This document shows, piece by piece, positions 47,748 through 61,249 of a stretch of DNA of 64,000 nucleotides (the stretch's first letter is position 1; the number at the start of each line of letters is the position of its first letter). Source of the stretch: Anthoceros angustus (Eukaryota > Plantae > Anthocerotophyta); NCBI GenBank assembly GCA_010909165.1, contig MU008200.1, forward strand, positions 62,001 to 126,000, written 5' to 3'. The notes beneath the pieces were generated by a model that saw only the letters and a program-made list of their open reading frames with translations, had not been told where the DNA came from and ran no database searches. The position numbers were made by a program, and so were the translations under genes.

Positions 47748-50700
47748 CTAGATAAACTTCATGCCAGCAATCCTAATACGCCGTGCAACAAGATACTGCA
47801 GCAGGGAGTAAGCCAGTCCCAGTACAGCCAACAGTCGAACAGTAGTGATATCGGTTATGATGGCAGCTGGTAAATTCAGGGGAGTAGTAGTCAATAACAA
47901 AAAGTCAGATTGCCTCACGTAGTCCCACGTAAACCGATTGAACATAACATGGTTCGGGATGACAAGTAGAAGGAGAATTCCGTTCTTCAGTACGTAGAAA
48001 AGCCCTGGACTCCCAGTTTCTAGTCCCCAGACAGCATTCTGACTGCCGTGCCATGCTTCTTGCCACAAACTAAGTGCTGCTGAGCCTCCTAGATAGACTG
48101 AAACAGCCAAAGCCACAGGGAAATACCTCTGTCTGTCTCCAAACCCAGCAAACACATTCACATCCTGGTTTAAAAGTAACAAAATTGGAGCAAGGAGAAA
48201 GATTGCCTTATCTGAGCCTCTAGTGAGATGAAAATTTAGAACCAGACAAATAACGAAACACAGTATGGTGGCCATGTTTCCAATCACCGGCATCCATGCA
48301 CCCTCTGCAGGCAGTTGTCTCACAGTGACGGAACCCCCTAGAGTTCCATGATGACGCCGCTGAAGAAGACGCTTAGGCCCAAACCCAGAGCCACTAAAGG
48401 CCAACCCTTGTGCGGCAGCTTTATGAAGACCAGTTTCCCTGACCAGTAATGCCAGCCGCAACTTGATCTCCAGAGAAATTAGCATGAGAAGTGCAGCATA
48501 CAGCCCAAGTATCCCAGTTTGAGCACCCTTGATAGTCATGGCACTAAGCATGTTGTCATTCTCTTCATCATCATTACCAGTAACACCAGTTTGGAGCTGA
48601 CCCTCCACCACATACATGACTGGGAGGAGAGCGACAAAGGATAGAAATACCCATGGCAGATATCTTGGGCTTGAAACTGATGGAAAATGAGCGAATACCA
48701 GGAACAGTGTCGCACATAACACAGCAGCAATCAGAGGTGCATGGATGATCACAGCTTGCGAGAAGTATTCAGCACACAAGTAGCTCCCAGCACTAAGCCC
48801 CACTACAAGAGCATACAGCACGCGGAGTTCCACAATGTGCTGCACAGGTAACACAGAGGTTAATGCTGCCAGAGACAACAGCACTATCCACACCAGCAGC
48901 CAGGCTGCCCATGATGAGCTACTTAATTCTGTCTCATAGATACTCAGATCATCTGGATGATCATAGATCCGGATTCTGCTCCACCAAGAGGACAACGGTC
49001 CAGGGACTGGTGGCTGGAGAAAAATAAGGAGAACTCCCAGTGATAAAACTAGGAGCAACCATTTCTTAGCAACCTACATCCACAACAGGAAACATGTGAT
49101 TTTCTCTTGCGACCAATGCATGGTTGTGGCACCGTTGAAGAACAAAAAAATAATCAAAGGGTGTACCTGCACGTGCGGAAAGTGATACATCACAATGGGT
49201 ATGGTTCCGAGCCCTGATATAAGAACCAAAAATCCCACAACCACTCCATCCATGGGTTGTCGTCCTGTCCACCAGTGGATGCTTTCATAAATCATGTGTC
49301 GGCACATCCACACAGTCACAAAGACTACCCCTGCATGTCCAAGCCCCTGCCAATACTTCATCTTTGAACCACCTTTCCCTCTTCCCCTGACAGCAATTCA
49401 AAAACAAGAGGGCTCACTACTCCACAGTTAGATTGAGCTGTGCAAAGACGATACAAAAGAAACCAACAGAGCTATTGCTAAGGGAATCAATACCACATAA
49501 CCCAACTGCAAATGTGATAGGCATCTGGAAAAAAACGCTTCATTGCAGCACCAGTGGCACAATCAGCCCAACAGCACAAGAAAACTGCACTGGAAGAAGC
49601 TGCTGTACCTAAGTAAGGGTGACCAAACCAAGGGGGACTATAGAGGAGCTACCTGTAAAGCAGTATTGGAGGAGAGACAGCCAAGATCAGCACAGCTGAT
49701 GGCCACAAAACGTCCTTTGTTGATAGGACAAGCAGCGACAACTTGGCAAGATAAAGGGAGGTGAGCACCCAACTAGCCATTGATCCAAGCAAACCCTCCT
49801 TTGCTATTCGCCAGGTTAACAGCAGCCCAATCATAGTGGATAGGACGACCAGATAACTTGGATATACCGCATCTTCCTCAAACCCAAAATGGTAGATACT
49901 TCCAAAATTGTAGAGTCTGTTTTCAAGATGACACACCAGCACAGCATGTGCGACAAGGCCAAGTTCTAGCAGACGACGAACTTTGCGAGGCAGGCGAACA
50001 AGGCCTGGAATTACCATAGCCAGCACGGCACTTGCAATGATTATTTTACAGATAACTTTCAGCTTGAGCCCTCCTAGCCATATATTAAGAGACCAGAAGT
50101 TGTGCACCATGAACCATACAACTGAAAAGCTTGTAGAGGCAACGAATAAGAAGTATGGAAGAACAGTTTTCTTCACACAGAATTGTGAGAAAAATATCGC
50201 CGCAATAGCTGGTACGGGCACAAACTGCATAGTAGCGAAAAAAAGGTGAGAAGCCCTCATAGCAAAAGACAGCAATGACCTATGTAAGCAGAGAAACAAT
50301 CGAAATGCATGAAAACATGGAGTGGGCTCGGAACATACCATGAAAGGCATACCTAGCACGAGGGAGCCGGACACAGCTGCTGTAACGGAAAGGGAGGATA
50401 GAATAAAAGGAGCGATAGCATCGCTTAGCATGCGGGTTACAAAGAGTCCAATAGCAGCTGCAGCCCCGACAATAGCGGTAGTCACCAGGAGATAGTTCCA
50501 TGGTGGCGGTAGGTGGATATACTGGCCAAAGGAGTAGAAGACCACCCGGACCTCCAGACAGAGGAGTACAACTAAGAGGGAAACGGCAGCGTTGACTAAT
50601 TGCAAGCGGCGTAGTTCAGCGCTGTCCTGGACAAGCCACCACAGGGCCCCACGGGTGGAGGCATAGAGTTGGAAGAGTAAGGGCACGAAGAAGAGGAGGA

Positions 50701-51520
50701 GGAGGTCACAGATGGCATTAGGTGAGACGAAGAGGCGGCGATGGTGTACTCCGACATGAAACAGCAGAGGCAGAAAGACAAGGAAAAGGGCGTGGAAGGC
50801 GGCCTCCAAGGGGCCAGAAATCAAAGCTTCTTGTGCAATGTGGCCACCATAGTTCCTCTCCAACTTGGTGCGGAAAGATGACGGCTGAGGCAATGAAAAC
50901 ATCCAGTACATGGCACATAAGATAAGCATGAGATAAAATGCGGCACTTGGCATGCCCACAGACAGCACCACGGCCCAGGTGTAGACTGCCGAAGCTGTGA
51001 AGGGGATGCAGGCGAAGAGGAGGCGCTCCAGGAGCAGCACCACAGAGGGATTCTCCAGCTGAAGCCACTTGAACTGAAGCGAGGCCCACACTCCGACGAG
51101 AAAGACGAGCTGGAACGACACAAACAGAGCAAGCAGGTACAAAGGGGTGGACGCCGTCGATAGGCTGGTACCTGAGAGCAACAGGGCCCCAACGGTAGCA
51201 AAGCAGGAGCCCCAGATGCCGAAGAACGCTCCGTGCTTGAGATGAAGCGAGTCAAGGATGTAGGAGATCATGAGACCTAGAGTGAGCGTGGCGAGAACGG
51301 GCTTGCCCCCGAGTCCCAGCAGGAAGAAGGCGCAGGGCAGGAGCGCAAGCCCGACTCTAACATTGTACTGGAAAAAGGAGCTGGGGGAGAATCGGGAGTC
51401 GGACGTTGCCGCGGTTGCGGAGGCGGCCACCGCCTCCGTCCCCGCGGCCGTGAAGCGTCTGCCACTGGATCCGCCGCCGCCGCCATCGGCAGCAGCGGCT
51501 GCTACGAGGCCGCTCGCCAT
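47748..51520 (-). CDS. NEF1: NO EXINE FORMATION 1 integral membrane protein
   Basis: RFSPSSFFQYNVRVGLALLPCAFFLL, WASLQFKWLQLENPSVVLLLERLLFAC, LFQLYASTRGALWW, AIFLLAPILLLLNQD..AGFGDRQRYFP and the C-terminal AGMKFI. Confidence 0.93.
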
Positions 51521-51735
51521 GCCTCTCCCTGTTCAGGCCTGAGAGCCTGGAGGATTTCCCACGAGTCCAGATCTCAGACACTCTGATGAAATACTCCTAC
51601 GACCCTACCTATGTACATATGTACATATATACAATGTGAGATTTATGCACATACATACCCTCTATGTCCGTACAGTACACACTGTACATGGAATAAATTG
51701 GTGAGGTCGATGAGCCCTACCAAGCTCATTCGTCC

Positions 51736-54700
51736 ATGGCTGCTGCCGCACGTCTGGCCCGGCCGCAGCAGCGGCAGCAGGCTTTCTTGGAGCTGGCGCT
51801 GCAGCAAGCAGTCCTGCCTCGGTCACAGCTGGAGTCGCCTTCCCCTTCTCCGCTCGGAGTTGGCTGCGGGAGCCAGCGATTGTCGGGGCTGTGGGCGCAG
51901 GTGCGCGAGCTTGTGCACTCGCGCACGCTGCAAGCCCGCCACGTCCAAGCCTTGGCTGGTCTCGCCTCTTCCCGCCACTCCTTTCTTGTCTCAGATCCAG
52001 ACGCCGTCCTTCTCCTCTCCATCATCTCCACCGAGCTGCAACTAGCTGGCCCAGACGAGGATGATGCCACGGCCCTGCTGCCGCTGCCGCTGCCTCCGCT
52101 GCTGCTGCTGCGGACGTCGGCCTTCCTGCTCCTGGCGTCCTGGCTCCGCTCGCGGGCCAGCTCCAGCTTCAGCTCCCCCACTCCCAGCGCGGCTCCCTCG
52201 CTTGACGCCCTCGTGGACGCCACCTTGGGCTCGCTCCAAGATGCCGTACCCTCGGCCCTGCTCCCCGAAGCTGCGCTCCTGCTGGGACTGGTGTGTGCCG
52301 CCCCGGATTGTCCCCCGGCTCTGGGAGGCCGCGCCCGGGAGGCCATCCTTCTCCATGTGTCCGCGCTGCCCGCGGTACCAGCATCGCCCCGCGCGGAGTA
52401 CTTGCTGGCCGGTCTGGGATACGCCATGTCCGCGTCGCACGGTGGCCAGCTCGCGCTGCTGTGCAGCACCCTGCTGTCGTTGTGGTCCCGCGATGGAGCT
52501 GCTGCCGCTGCTCCTGCCCCTCCGCTCCAGGATTGCATGCGCCTCTTCCACCTCTTTCAGCACTACTCCGCGGCGCTGGATTCCCGGCCCCCCCCCGGGG
52601 CCATGGCTGACGCGGCGTCGGTTGTGCAGGAGTTGAAGGCATGCGTGGCGCAGGCTTCGTTCTCTGGCGCCTCTTGTGCGGCGCTTATGGCGGCTGCTGG
52701 ATTTCTCGCCATCTGCAAGGAGCAACGGTGGCGCCCCATCAGACAGGAGTGCCACTCGCTTATTGCCTATGTGGCGCAGCAACTGCTGCCGGAGGTGGCC
52801 GTCACTGATTTACCTCACGATGATGGGAATGGGAATGGCAACGGGATTGGTAATAGCGATATAAGAGGGGACGTGCAGAATGTGGGGGAGCCATGGGCTC
52901 TTCTGCAACCCCTCACCAGCCTCCCCCCTGATGTCCGGCATTGCCTGCAGTGTTTGGCGTTGGCTGTTGCCCATTCTGGCCCCTCTCCCGCCAACCATAG
53001 TATCTTAGGCTGCCTGCTTTCCAGCCTCCTGGGGGACTTGCTTAACCTTGCAGACCTGTTCTCGGCGGTGGAGTCGGATATCTCAGCCCGCGTCTCGACG
53101 GCCTGCACTTTGGAGCTACAGCGCCTCGACGATGCAACTCACAATCCTTTGTTTGGAGTGGTGGGAGCTGTGGCACGTACTTTCTGCGGCCAGTATATCT
53201 CCTGCCCTGCCTACGTGCAGCGCTTTACGGAAACTGTCTTGTGGCGCTTTTCACGTTCTCTTTACACCACCCAGCGCGTCTTCCATGCGTTCCGGCACAT
53301 GCTTCTTCCAGTCCTTGCAACAGGATCACACTTGGCCACTCAAGCCGTGGACAGGATTGCTGAGACTGCATTTGTGTTCCTCGCAGTGTTTTTTTCTCTC
53401 GCTGTTGAAGGCTCTGCGGGACGCCCGGGGGACACCCAGCCGTTGCTTGCAGCACAAGCCTTGGATGCACTGTCCTGTCTGGAATTTGCACGCAAGTCGC
53501 ACATGCCTAACTACGTCGACTTGGTCAAGCGTTCCATCCAAATTGTTTCCAAAGCCGACCAAGCGTGTATTGCCCTTGTGGGTTTCATACCTATCTACGG
53601 CGAAACGCTCTGTCCTGGTCTGTACGTAGCTCTCTTCTAGAATTCTGGTGAGCTCAGGCCGAGGCCGGGTCATGGTGTGATTTAATGGTGGATCGCTTAT
53701 GCAGGTCTTGGTATGGCGCCTGCTTTTTATCATTGGGATCTGGATGAAGTTCAAGCAGCACGCATTGTTTTCTATCTTCGGATATTGCCCTTCTGTCTTG
53801 CCAGCCTACCGAGACAAGTTTTCGAAGACAAAGTCGCATCTATTATGGTTCTGTATCCTTTCACCCTCCTCTGTCACTCACCTTTACCTGCACTCATGAT
53901 TAGTCCAAGTGGTCAATTTTATTACGCTTTGTTGAGGATTTACATTGCCGACAAGATACCTGCAATACCCTTCAGAGGTGGTCGTAAGAGCCTGTCACGC
54001 TCTATTCATGGCATACTTACGTGGCGCCAACAGCCTTGATGGCGGAGATGGTTACAACACTAGTGAAAAGCTCCCTGCTATCTGTGTAGACGAACATCTT
54101 GTGGCCTTCTACGTCAAAACGGCCTTGGAGGCAAGTTTCTTGTCCTGCATGTGGAGGCAAACTCTCGGTGCTGCCTGCGCAGGCTTCTCAGATTGCGTTG
54201 CCTGTTTTAACTTCCAGATTTATCCTGCGCTCGCTCCTTTCGACGCCTTTGTCACCGTTATTGGGGCAGTTGTCCAGTACTTGCCTCCTGGGAATCCAGC
54301 TATTCTGCACTGCATCGATATGTTGGTGGCTAAGTGTACTGAACTGCATGAGATGGCCTCTAATCTTGAGCTCAATAGTGTAGCTGAGAAGTCTCGTACG
54401 TCTTCTGCTAAGGACGAAGATTCTGAGGTTGCAAATCTGAAGCAAGCAGCTGAACGAATACAGCAGCTTCTGGTGCACCTGATACCGTTTGTCGACCTGC
54501 AGGTACAGGCAACTCCTGTTTTTCTTACTCGCTCAATCGTCAATGCAGCGCTATAGTGGATGTTAGGTTTTCTTCGTTTCCTGAAAGTTGTGTTTTCAAG
54601 TAGTGCCTCCCACTTTTTATCAATGGAAGCTAAGCTGTGGTCATGACAGGTACTCCCAGAACTCCTGAAAGCTATTGCAAAACTTGTTCTCGGGTTGCCC

Positions 54701-54931
54701 TTTGTTCGCAGATTTGTAGCCCTTGAACAGGCTTTCCACGTAGTTGGTGGCATGGATGACTACACCAGAAAGCATCTTGTGAATCCATGGTTTCAATCGC
54801 TTGCCTTTTTAAGTGTGGAGAACACGTTCAGAATGAGCAACAGTGATGCCGTAGAAAGTGAGGAAAAGTCTCCATACACTGAAACGGGCACTCTCAGAAT
54901 TGTGAATTCAGGATGCAGATCTAGTTTGTGA
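51736..54931 (+). CDS. Conserved plant uncharacterised helical protein (At1g73970-like), multi-exon
   Basis: ALSCLEFARK, DEVQAARIVFYLRILPFC, YLQYPSEVVVRACHALF, QYLPPGNPAILHCI and VDLQ|VLPELLK..DDYTRKHLVNPWFQSL. Confidence 0.8.
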
Positions 54932-55439
54932 AGTCTCGAGATGCGTCCACGAAAGTTATGTAGGTAAGTTGTACGCAGGCCAGATTAAAAATGATTTTGG
55001 AAAACTATTATGTATTGGTGTGGTGGGAAGAGAACTAAGGTGGTGGAGTTAATAGACAGGTGGAAGATAGCCTTCGTAGATAGCTCACCTGTAGTAAGCT
55101 TCCGTCAGCCAAATTTGGGGAACATCTCCCCTTCTCATGGTACAATTTTCCCGATTTCAATTCACCCGCAATGACAGTTTCACGGCTCATCGTCTACTGA
55201 AAAGCTTGCTGAAGAATACTCCCACTGCGGCGTGAGGATTTTACCTGGGCCGGGAACCATTCTTGTACTGGTATAGAAACAGCGTCAACTCAGATGGGCA
55301 TGAAATGTGAAACATCTAGTGGTGAAGAGTGAACTCGTCGGAAGAGCGTACAATATCCGGAAGAGCTGGCGATTCCAGACGTTACTGACTTGAATCATAG
55401 TTCGTGGGCACTATCAATGATATCTCACCTGCGTTGGTA

Positions 55440-58400
55440 TTAAAAGCCAACCCAGTGTACCCAAGAAAAAAATCTTCCCAACCCAACCGGTAGCCCATAT
55501 TCTGTCACTGTGACAAGATCACGCCTCGCTGCTTTGGCTTCCGACCAAACATAAAGTCCTCTTTCTTGCCTACTGCCAGGCACTGTGTTGTCCAAAATGA
55601 AAGCTACCAGGAAGGCCACCACCATATGAAATGAAAGTACACTATTCAGTACAAAGTTTACCTGCAGCAACCAAAGACATTTAGCCCTTGCAAACTGAAG
55701 CAGAAGTATCGACTGAACATCAGAGGTAAGCTAGAAAGGATTACCACATGATTTCCCGTTTGAATAGGACCATGGGAGGCCACAACAAACTGCTGGAAGT
55801 ATGCCGGGGCTGGTGCCATGGCAACCTCATTATACTGCTGAAAGTAGGCAGGAACAGACAGAGACAAGAATAGGGAGAGACCCACTATAAGCACATTGCG
55901 GGAGCTTCCGGTTTCACTGTAGCGTAGATTTGACAACCCTAGTGCTGTCAACATTGCCCACATTACGCAGAGGAGGGCAGCAACAATAACCTCTGGAATA
56001 GATGCAATCAAAGCTCCCACTTTGCCTGCAAGTACAGGCAGGGTTAGGAACTGCAGACAATCACATGCAACTCCTCAACAACCCAGACTTGATATGTACA
56101 AAATATCCACATACCAATAATTGACAATGCTATGAGAACCAAGGCACCAAATTCGACTGCTCGACGACTTCCCATCTTTGTGACAGCTATTGTGTGCACA
56201 TTTTCTGTTAAAGTGGTTGCACCAGCACCAGTACCCCATAGCCCTGCAAGAGCACTTGTTAAGCCCTCCAACCCAATCCCTCTGCTCACCACTCGAGGTG
56301 GCGGTGCTCTTGAGGCTACCAAGAGGGATGAAGCATGATATGAGCCCACCTGCATACAATGAGGCCAACCAATTTAGCAGTGCTCACCACATCAATCCGT
56401 GTTCCCAATCACAACCAAAGCTTCGACCCCCTTGCAGCTCGGTCTCAGCCCTTGAGCTCAAGCAATCCCATATATCTGGGAACTGAAGCTTTCAGATCGA
56501 AAGAAATGGAAATTCTTGCCCGACAAACCCACAACATCGCAGATAGCCACTCAACCAATTCCCCAGATACAGAACCCACAACACATACCGAATCCACCGA
56601 AGCGATTACGGAGGCCGCAATCATGACCAGACCCGTTTTCAAGCTGAATGTTGGAGCGCCCCACTGGAATGGATATGGGAATCTGATCCAATCTGCTTTC
56701 TTCAATGCTTTCGAAACATCTGTTCTACAATGTCTTGCTGTAAAGGCATGCCTCTGGCACTCTGGTGAAGGAATATCCACAGCTGACATCGGACAGCTTT
56801 TGTAGTCGTAAGCTCCAGATTCAGTAAGAAGGAAAGCATACGCCCAAGTTATCCCCAGACCTAGAGGAACCTGAACTTCAGACACACCTTTCAGGAGTAA
56901 ATCCAATGATGATTTCAGAAAGAGACCTGATGCAATCATATGTAATATGCAGCCCTCTGCTGATACTGCACTAATCATTCCTGTACACTTGGATCTCACA
57001 ACTGGAAGCTCCTGAAGCACAAGCTAATTCCCCCATCCCTTCCCTATCGCCCCTCCACACTCCACACTCCTCCGCCCCCTTCCTCTCCTTGTCATCTTGC
57101 TTCCTTTGGGAGTCCAAGTCCACCCATCACCTCTATCACATTCCCGCTACTCCAGGGGGTAGTAATCACTTGAATAGAAGCAAGATCATGAGCATGAGTT
57201 ATACATACCGCATAGATTGGGAAAATGCGATGACCAAAAATTGAAATCTTCCGGAGGTACTGGCAAGGAAAACAAGAGCATCAACTACACATCCTGCATA
57301 ACCTCAGGTCCTCTGCTGACTAAGCCTTGCCCAAGCGGAAACAATCAACATTTACCCAAAAGAATCTAAGATTCAATCAGTAACTTCAATTGAAAGGGCT
57401 CGTCACTCTTACCAGTGCAAAAATAACGACAATCAGAATCTGAGGGATCCCAATTTCTACACAGCTGCCCAATACAGGGAACCCATAGCTGAAAAACGCC
57501 AGGCCAACTGCAGCAACAGTAGGAGCCACAACCACAGGATTGATGACCCTGAAACTCCCACGGCAGCAGGCTGTTTAGTTTCACATCCTTCTGGCAGCAC
57601 ACACTTCATCCAAACCAGTAGAGATGAATCAACCTATTCCATCACGAACCACCTAGGACACGGAAGAGCACGTGATAAAAGGTACGCTTAGCACTCAGAC
57701 CCTTTCCAGACAAGGTGTCAAACACGTGGTACATACATACAGCAGTACTTTTAATAAGCCACAGGCCCACTTTCTAAGCTTTTGTTTCACTTCACACCAA
57801 CGCCATAGCAACCTAAAATTTTGCAGTTCTAACAATACACAAGTAATGAAAAGAAGGAGATTTGACACTGACCGAAGCACCCATGCCATGAGCCCACTAT
57901 AACCCACGAATACTTGGAAGATTGACGAGATTATGACTGCGCCTTGCAGTTCTCTCATAATTGGTCTGAATCTCTATCAAACAACCAAGAAACCAAAGCA
58001 TGAGTCTTTCCACAATTATCACATTTAGCCAACCATGCCTACATGCAGACACCTCAAGAACAAGTAAACAAGGCAGCAACAGCCTGGGAGACAGTGCACC
58101 AACAATGAACAAATTCTCCCTGGCCAACATGTGGGATAGAGCAGCATCTCAGACATAGGAGATTCCACACATGATTGACAGCAAACATATCCCACCTCAA
58201 GACACTTACTTATAAATAGATGAAGTCTGTGCACTGCTAGCTTACCTTATCGCCCGGAAAAGAAGAGATGATGACCAAAGCAGGGGCCAGGTATGCAAAA
58301 GACGCTCCCTGAATTAAAGGCAATCTAGAGCCAAATGAAGAATGTAGCAGAGTTGAGATGCCAGAGACAAGAAGCATTGTTGAGACAACCCTAGCAGTCT

Positions 58401-59434
58401 CTTCCTGCACCAGGAAAATGGGAGATTAGCCACAACTTAAGACCGTCACTCAAACGCAGAAAGCCGAGCCTGGCCACGGCTGCCAGTAAGCATGAAAGCA
58501 AGTTGGTCTCAAACACTTACATCATCACCGCCCATCGCTGGGACAAGGACCAGTGGAAGAAGTACAAGAGACCCCGATATCGAGAAATAATGCTGGATGC
58601 CATATAAGATGAGGGGCACTGCGAAGGCCAAGCCGAACAACATACTACATTGATTCATGCATTTCCAGTTGGAAAAAACCTTAAGTACTAGCATCACGTT
58701 CCCCCCAAATGGCAGTTTGCAGGGCAACAAACTCTGGACGAAGTGAGTAGTTTACTGAGGGCAACCAAGGAAGTAGATCGATCAGACACAATGGCACCTT
58801 GAAGCAGCGAGCAGCGGCACAAGAGCTCACCAAATCCAGGAGTATCTGTAAGCTCATACTTCATGTGTGAATGTTTGGCCAGCAGTGCATCATCTGCATC
58901 TTGCGATTGCGACATGGTGTCAATCTCAGCCTCCTTGAAGGCTTTTGTGGGTTCGCCTCTGACATGCCCACTAGTAGCACTTGCATTCTGCACTCCCTGC
59001 GGTTCCGGATACTTCCTTCCAGCACCTGAGACCACAGCAGGGCTGGCAGTGGACACAACAGAGGCAGTCTTGGTCTTGTCACCTTCTTTAACTCCATTGG
59101 AGTGAATGATGCCGTTTTCAGAATTCCGTAAGTTGTCTTCCTGAGCCGTGCTGGGTGCCTTCTGCACATTCCCATTGGCAGTCTCTGCAACATTAATCTC
59201 GATATCACTGGGAATACTTGCACTTTCACCTGACATGTTGCTCTTGAAGCCCGTGCGCCGAGCCCATGTCCCGAGTACTCGAGGATTGTGGGAGTGGTCT
59301 GGCGGAAGGGGCTCCATCCTTGGAGGCCATGGACCAGGCCTTTTGCCTAAAGAGGGGGAGTCGGGTTTATTTTCTTGAAACTGAGACGTTCTTGGAGGGG
59401 GTGAAGGCGGCATGCTCCCCACTGCAGTGACCAT
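55440..59434 (-). CDS. Nucleobase-ascorbate transporter, NAT11/NAT12 clade
   Basis: WARRTGFKS N-terminus, HSHMKYEL, YGIQHY, MRELQGA, FPYPFQWGAP, NAT signature ENVHTIAVTKMGSRR, and LDNTVPGSRQERG. Confidence 0.94.
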
Positions 59435-60116
59435 CTCGTTGGTGACTGTGACAGTTCGAGATCTCAGCAGTCGGTGCTGTCCTCGCGCCAGTGAATCGCG
59501 CAGATTTAGGCAACTGTATAATGTTCTGCTGGTGAGAGTCGCTGGGAAGGACTGGTCCCTAGTAGGCCAAGTAGCAATGTGTGGTGGGGTTGGGTGAGGC
59601 AATGGACACGAGAGTTGGGAAGCTAGTGCAGACTGGGCAGAAAAAGCTGTGAGAGGCTGTGGTGGGAGAAGCACGAAGAAGCTACGTCAACATGCATTTG
59701 AAAACAGGCTGAGCAGTGGAGCTAGGACCATGCAGAGATGAACAAGCTGAGATACAGAAGTGCAGTGGTAAACGCTGATGGGCCAGCTTGGCTGAGGGGA
59801 GCCGCTGGGTGACTGCGAGAGAGAAGAGCCATGTTTGCTACTTACACAAGGGACATCTGCAGTTCTGGCAGGGCAAAGCAGCCGTCTGAAGGAAACGAGG
59901 AAAGAGAGAGAGGGAGGTGTTTGAAGTTATAACATACGGAAAAGGAACATCCGGAAACGGATTGGTTTGTTACATATATTAAATACCTATATACCTAATA
60001 TCTACCTATATCTTATATATCTATAATTTAATAAAATATAGAGACTTTATAAATATACACAAATGGAAGTCCCAGTTGATGGGGAACAACCCTCAAGATG
60101 CCCAAGCCAAGGAAAC

Positions 60117-61240
60117 CTAGTCCCCCCAAACCACTACTCCGAAGTTACCCACCGCTCCCAAGAAGTCATGATCTGGAAGAAGGAAAGGGCTACTAACCAC
60201 CGGAGCTGAAGATACTAAGTTCCTCACATTTGAAGCTGTCCTGAAAATTGCATTTGCCAATGCCCTTTGCAGAGCCATGGATACTCGTTGTTGGAAGAAA
60301 GCCACCGTAAAGAGACCTACCCCATTCTTGCGGATGTAGTATGCTTTAGCACAAACCTTGATAAACCTCAAGAAATCCTTGCCCATGGCCCCGTGAGTCT
60401 CATTAGTAAGGGGAATGAAAGCATGGTCTTCCTGCATGGGGGTGTACTTATGAACCATGGCTGTAGCGCAGCCCTCTGCTGCTCAACCGGAAGGGTTGAT
60501 GATTACATGCTTGCAGATGGTATCATGAGTAGAGTCTATTACAGCCACATCTGCAACAGACACCTCCCCGGATCAGAAATAGGTCAAACCTGGGAGAAAC
60601 GCCATTAGACAAAGTATATGAGTCCTCCTCCAAAAGAAAGAATCCGCTCTCCCTAGCAATGGAGAACATGACGTCTCGGACTACGTCATGTGTAGCAATG
60701 CACTGCCCACCAAATGGACAGCGAGCTAAGTGGGTTCCAGAGTCATCGAGAGGGGTGCCACAGCTGCAAGTCGCAAGAGAGAAGGCCAGAGGTTGGACCA
60801 AGCCCAAGCTGAACCTCATCGCGGTAGAAAAAGAAGTCGGTTTATCTAGAGCGTCCTTACATTGGGAGAGTAAGATAGATTACAATGTGTCTTGAGCAAG
60901 CCATTCCACATTCTTTTTTTTGAAGTTTAATTACCTAATGTGGATCCAAGAGATCTTTATTTATTTTCTTTTCCAACACTTCCTTTTAAGCAAATAATCC
61001 GTACCTGCTGCATTAGAGGTGCGCTGATTTCCCAAGTGTGAAACTTTGAGGTAAGAGGCCTTTTTTCGCTACTCAATAGAAGGATGATGAGTCGAGTCGA
61101 GCTGAGCATTGAGGATGAGGAGGAGTGGAATGTTGAATAGGATTAGAGTGTAGGATATAGTGGAAGGCCCAAGGCAGAGCCTACGGGACGAATCCCAAAT
61201 CTGCAGCAAGAAGGCGCTCCCATTGTTGGAGGAGCTATCT
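60117..61240 (-). mobile_element. 5'-truncated non-LTR retrotransposon of RLE (CRE-like) type
   Basis: AMRFSLGL..CSCG..HLARC (CCHC knuckle), HDVVRD, RFDL..DV, KY..FIPLTNETHG and QRVSMALQRALANAI, followed by an AT-rich tail. The upstream limit is approximate. Confidence 0.75.
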
Positions 61241-61249
61241 TAGAGGTGA

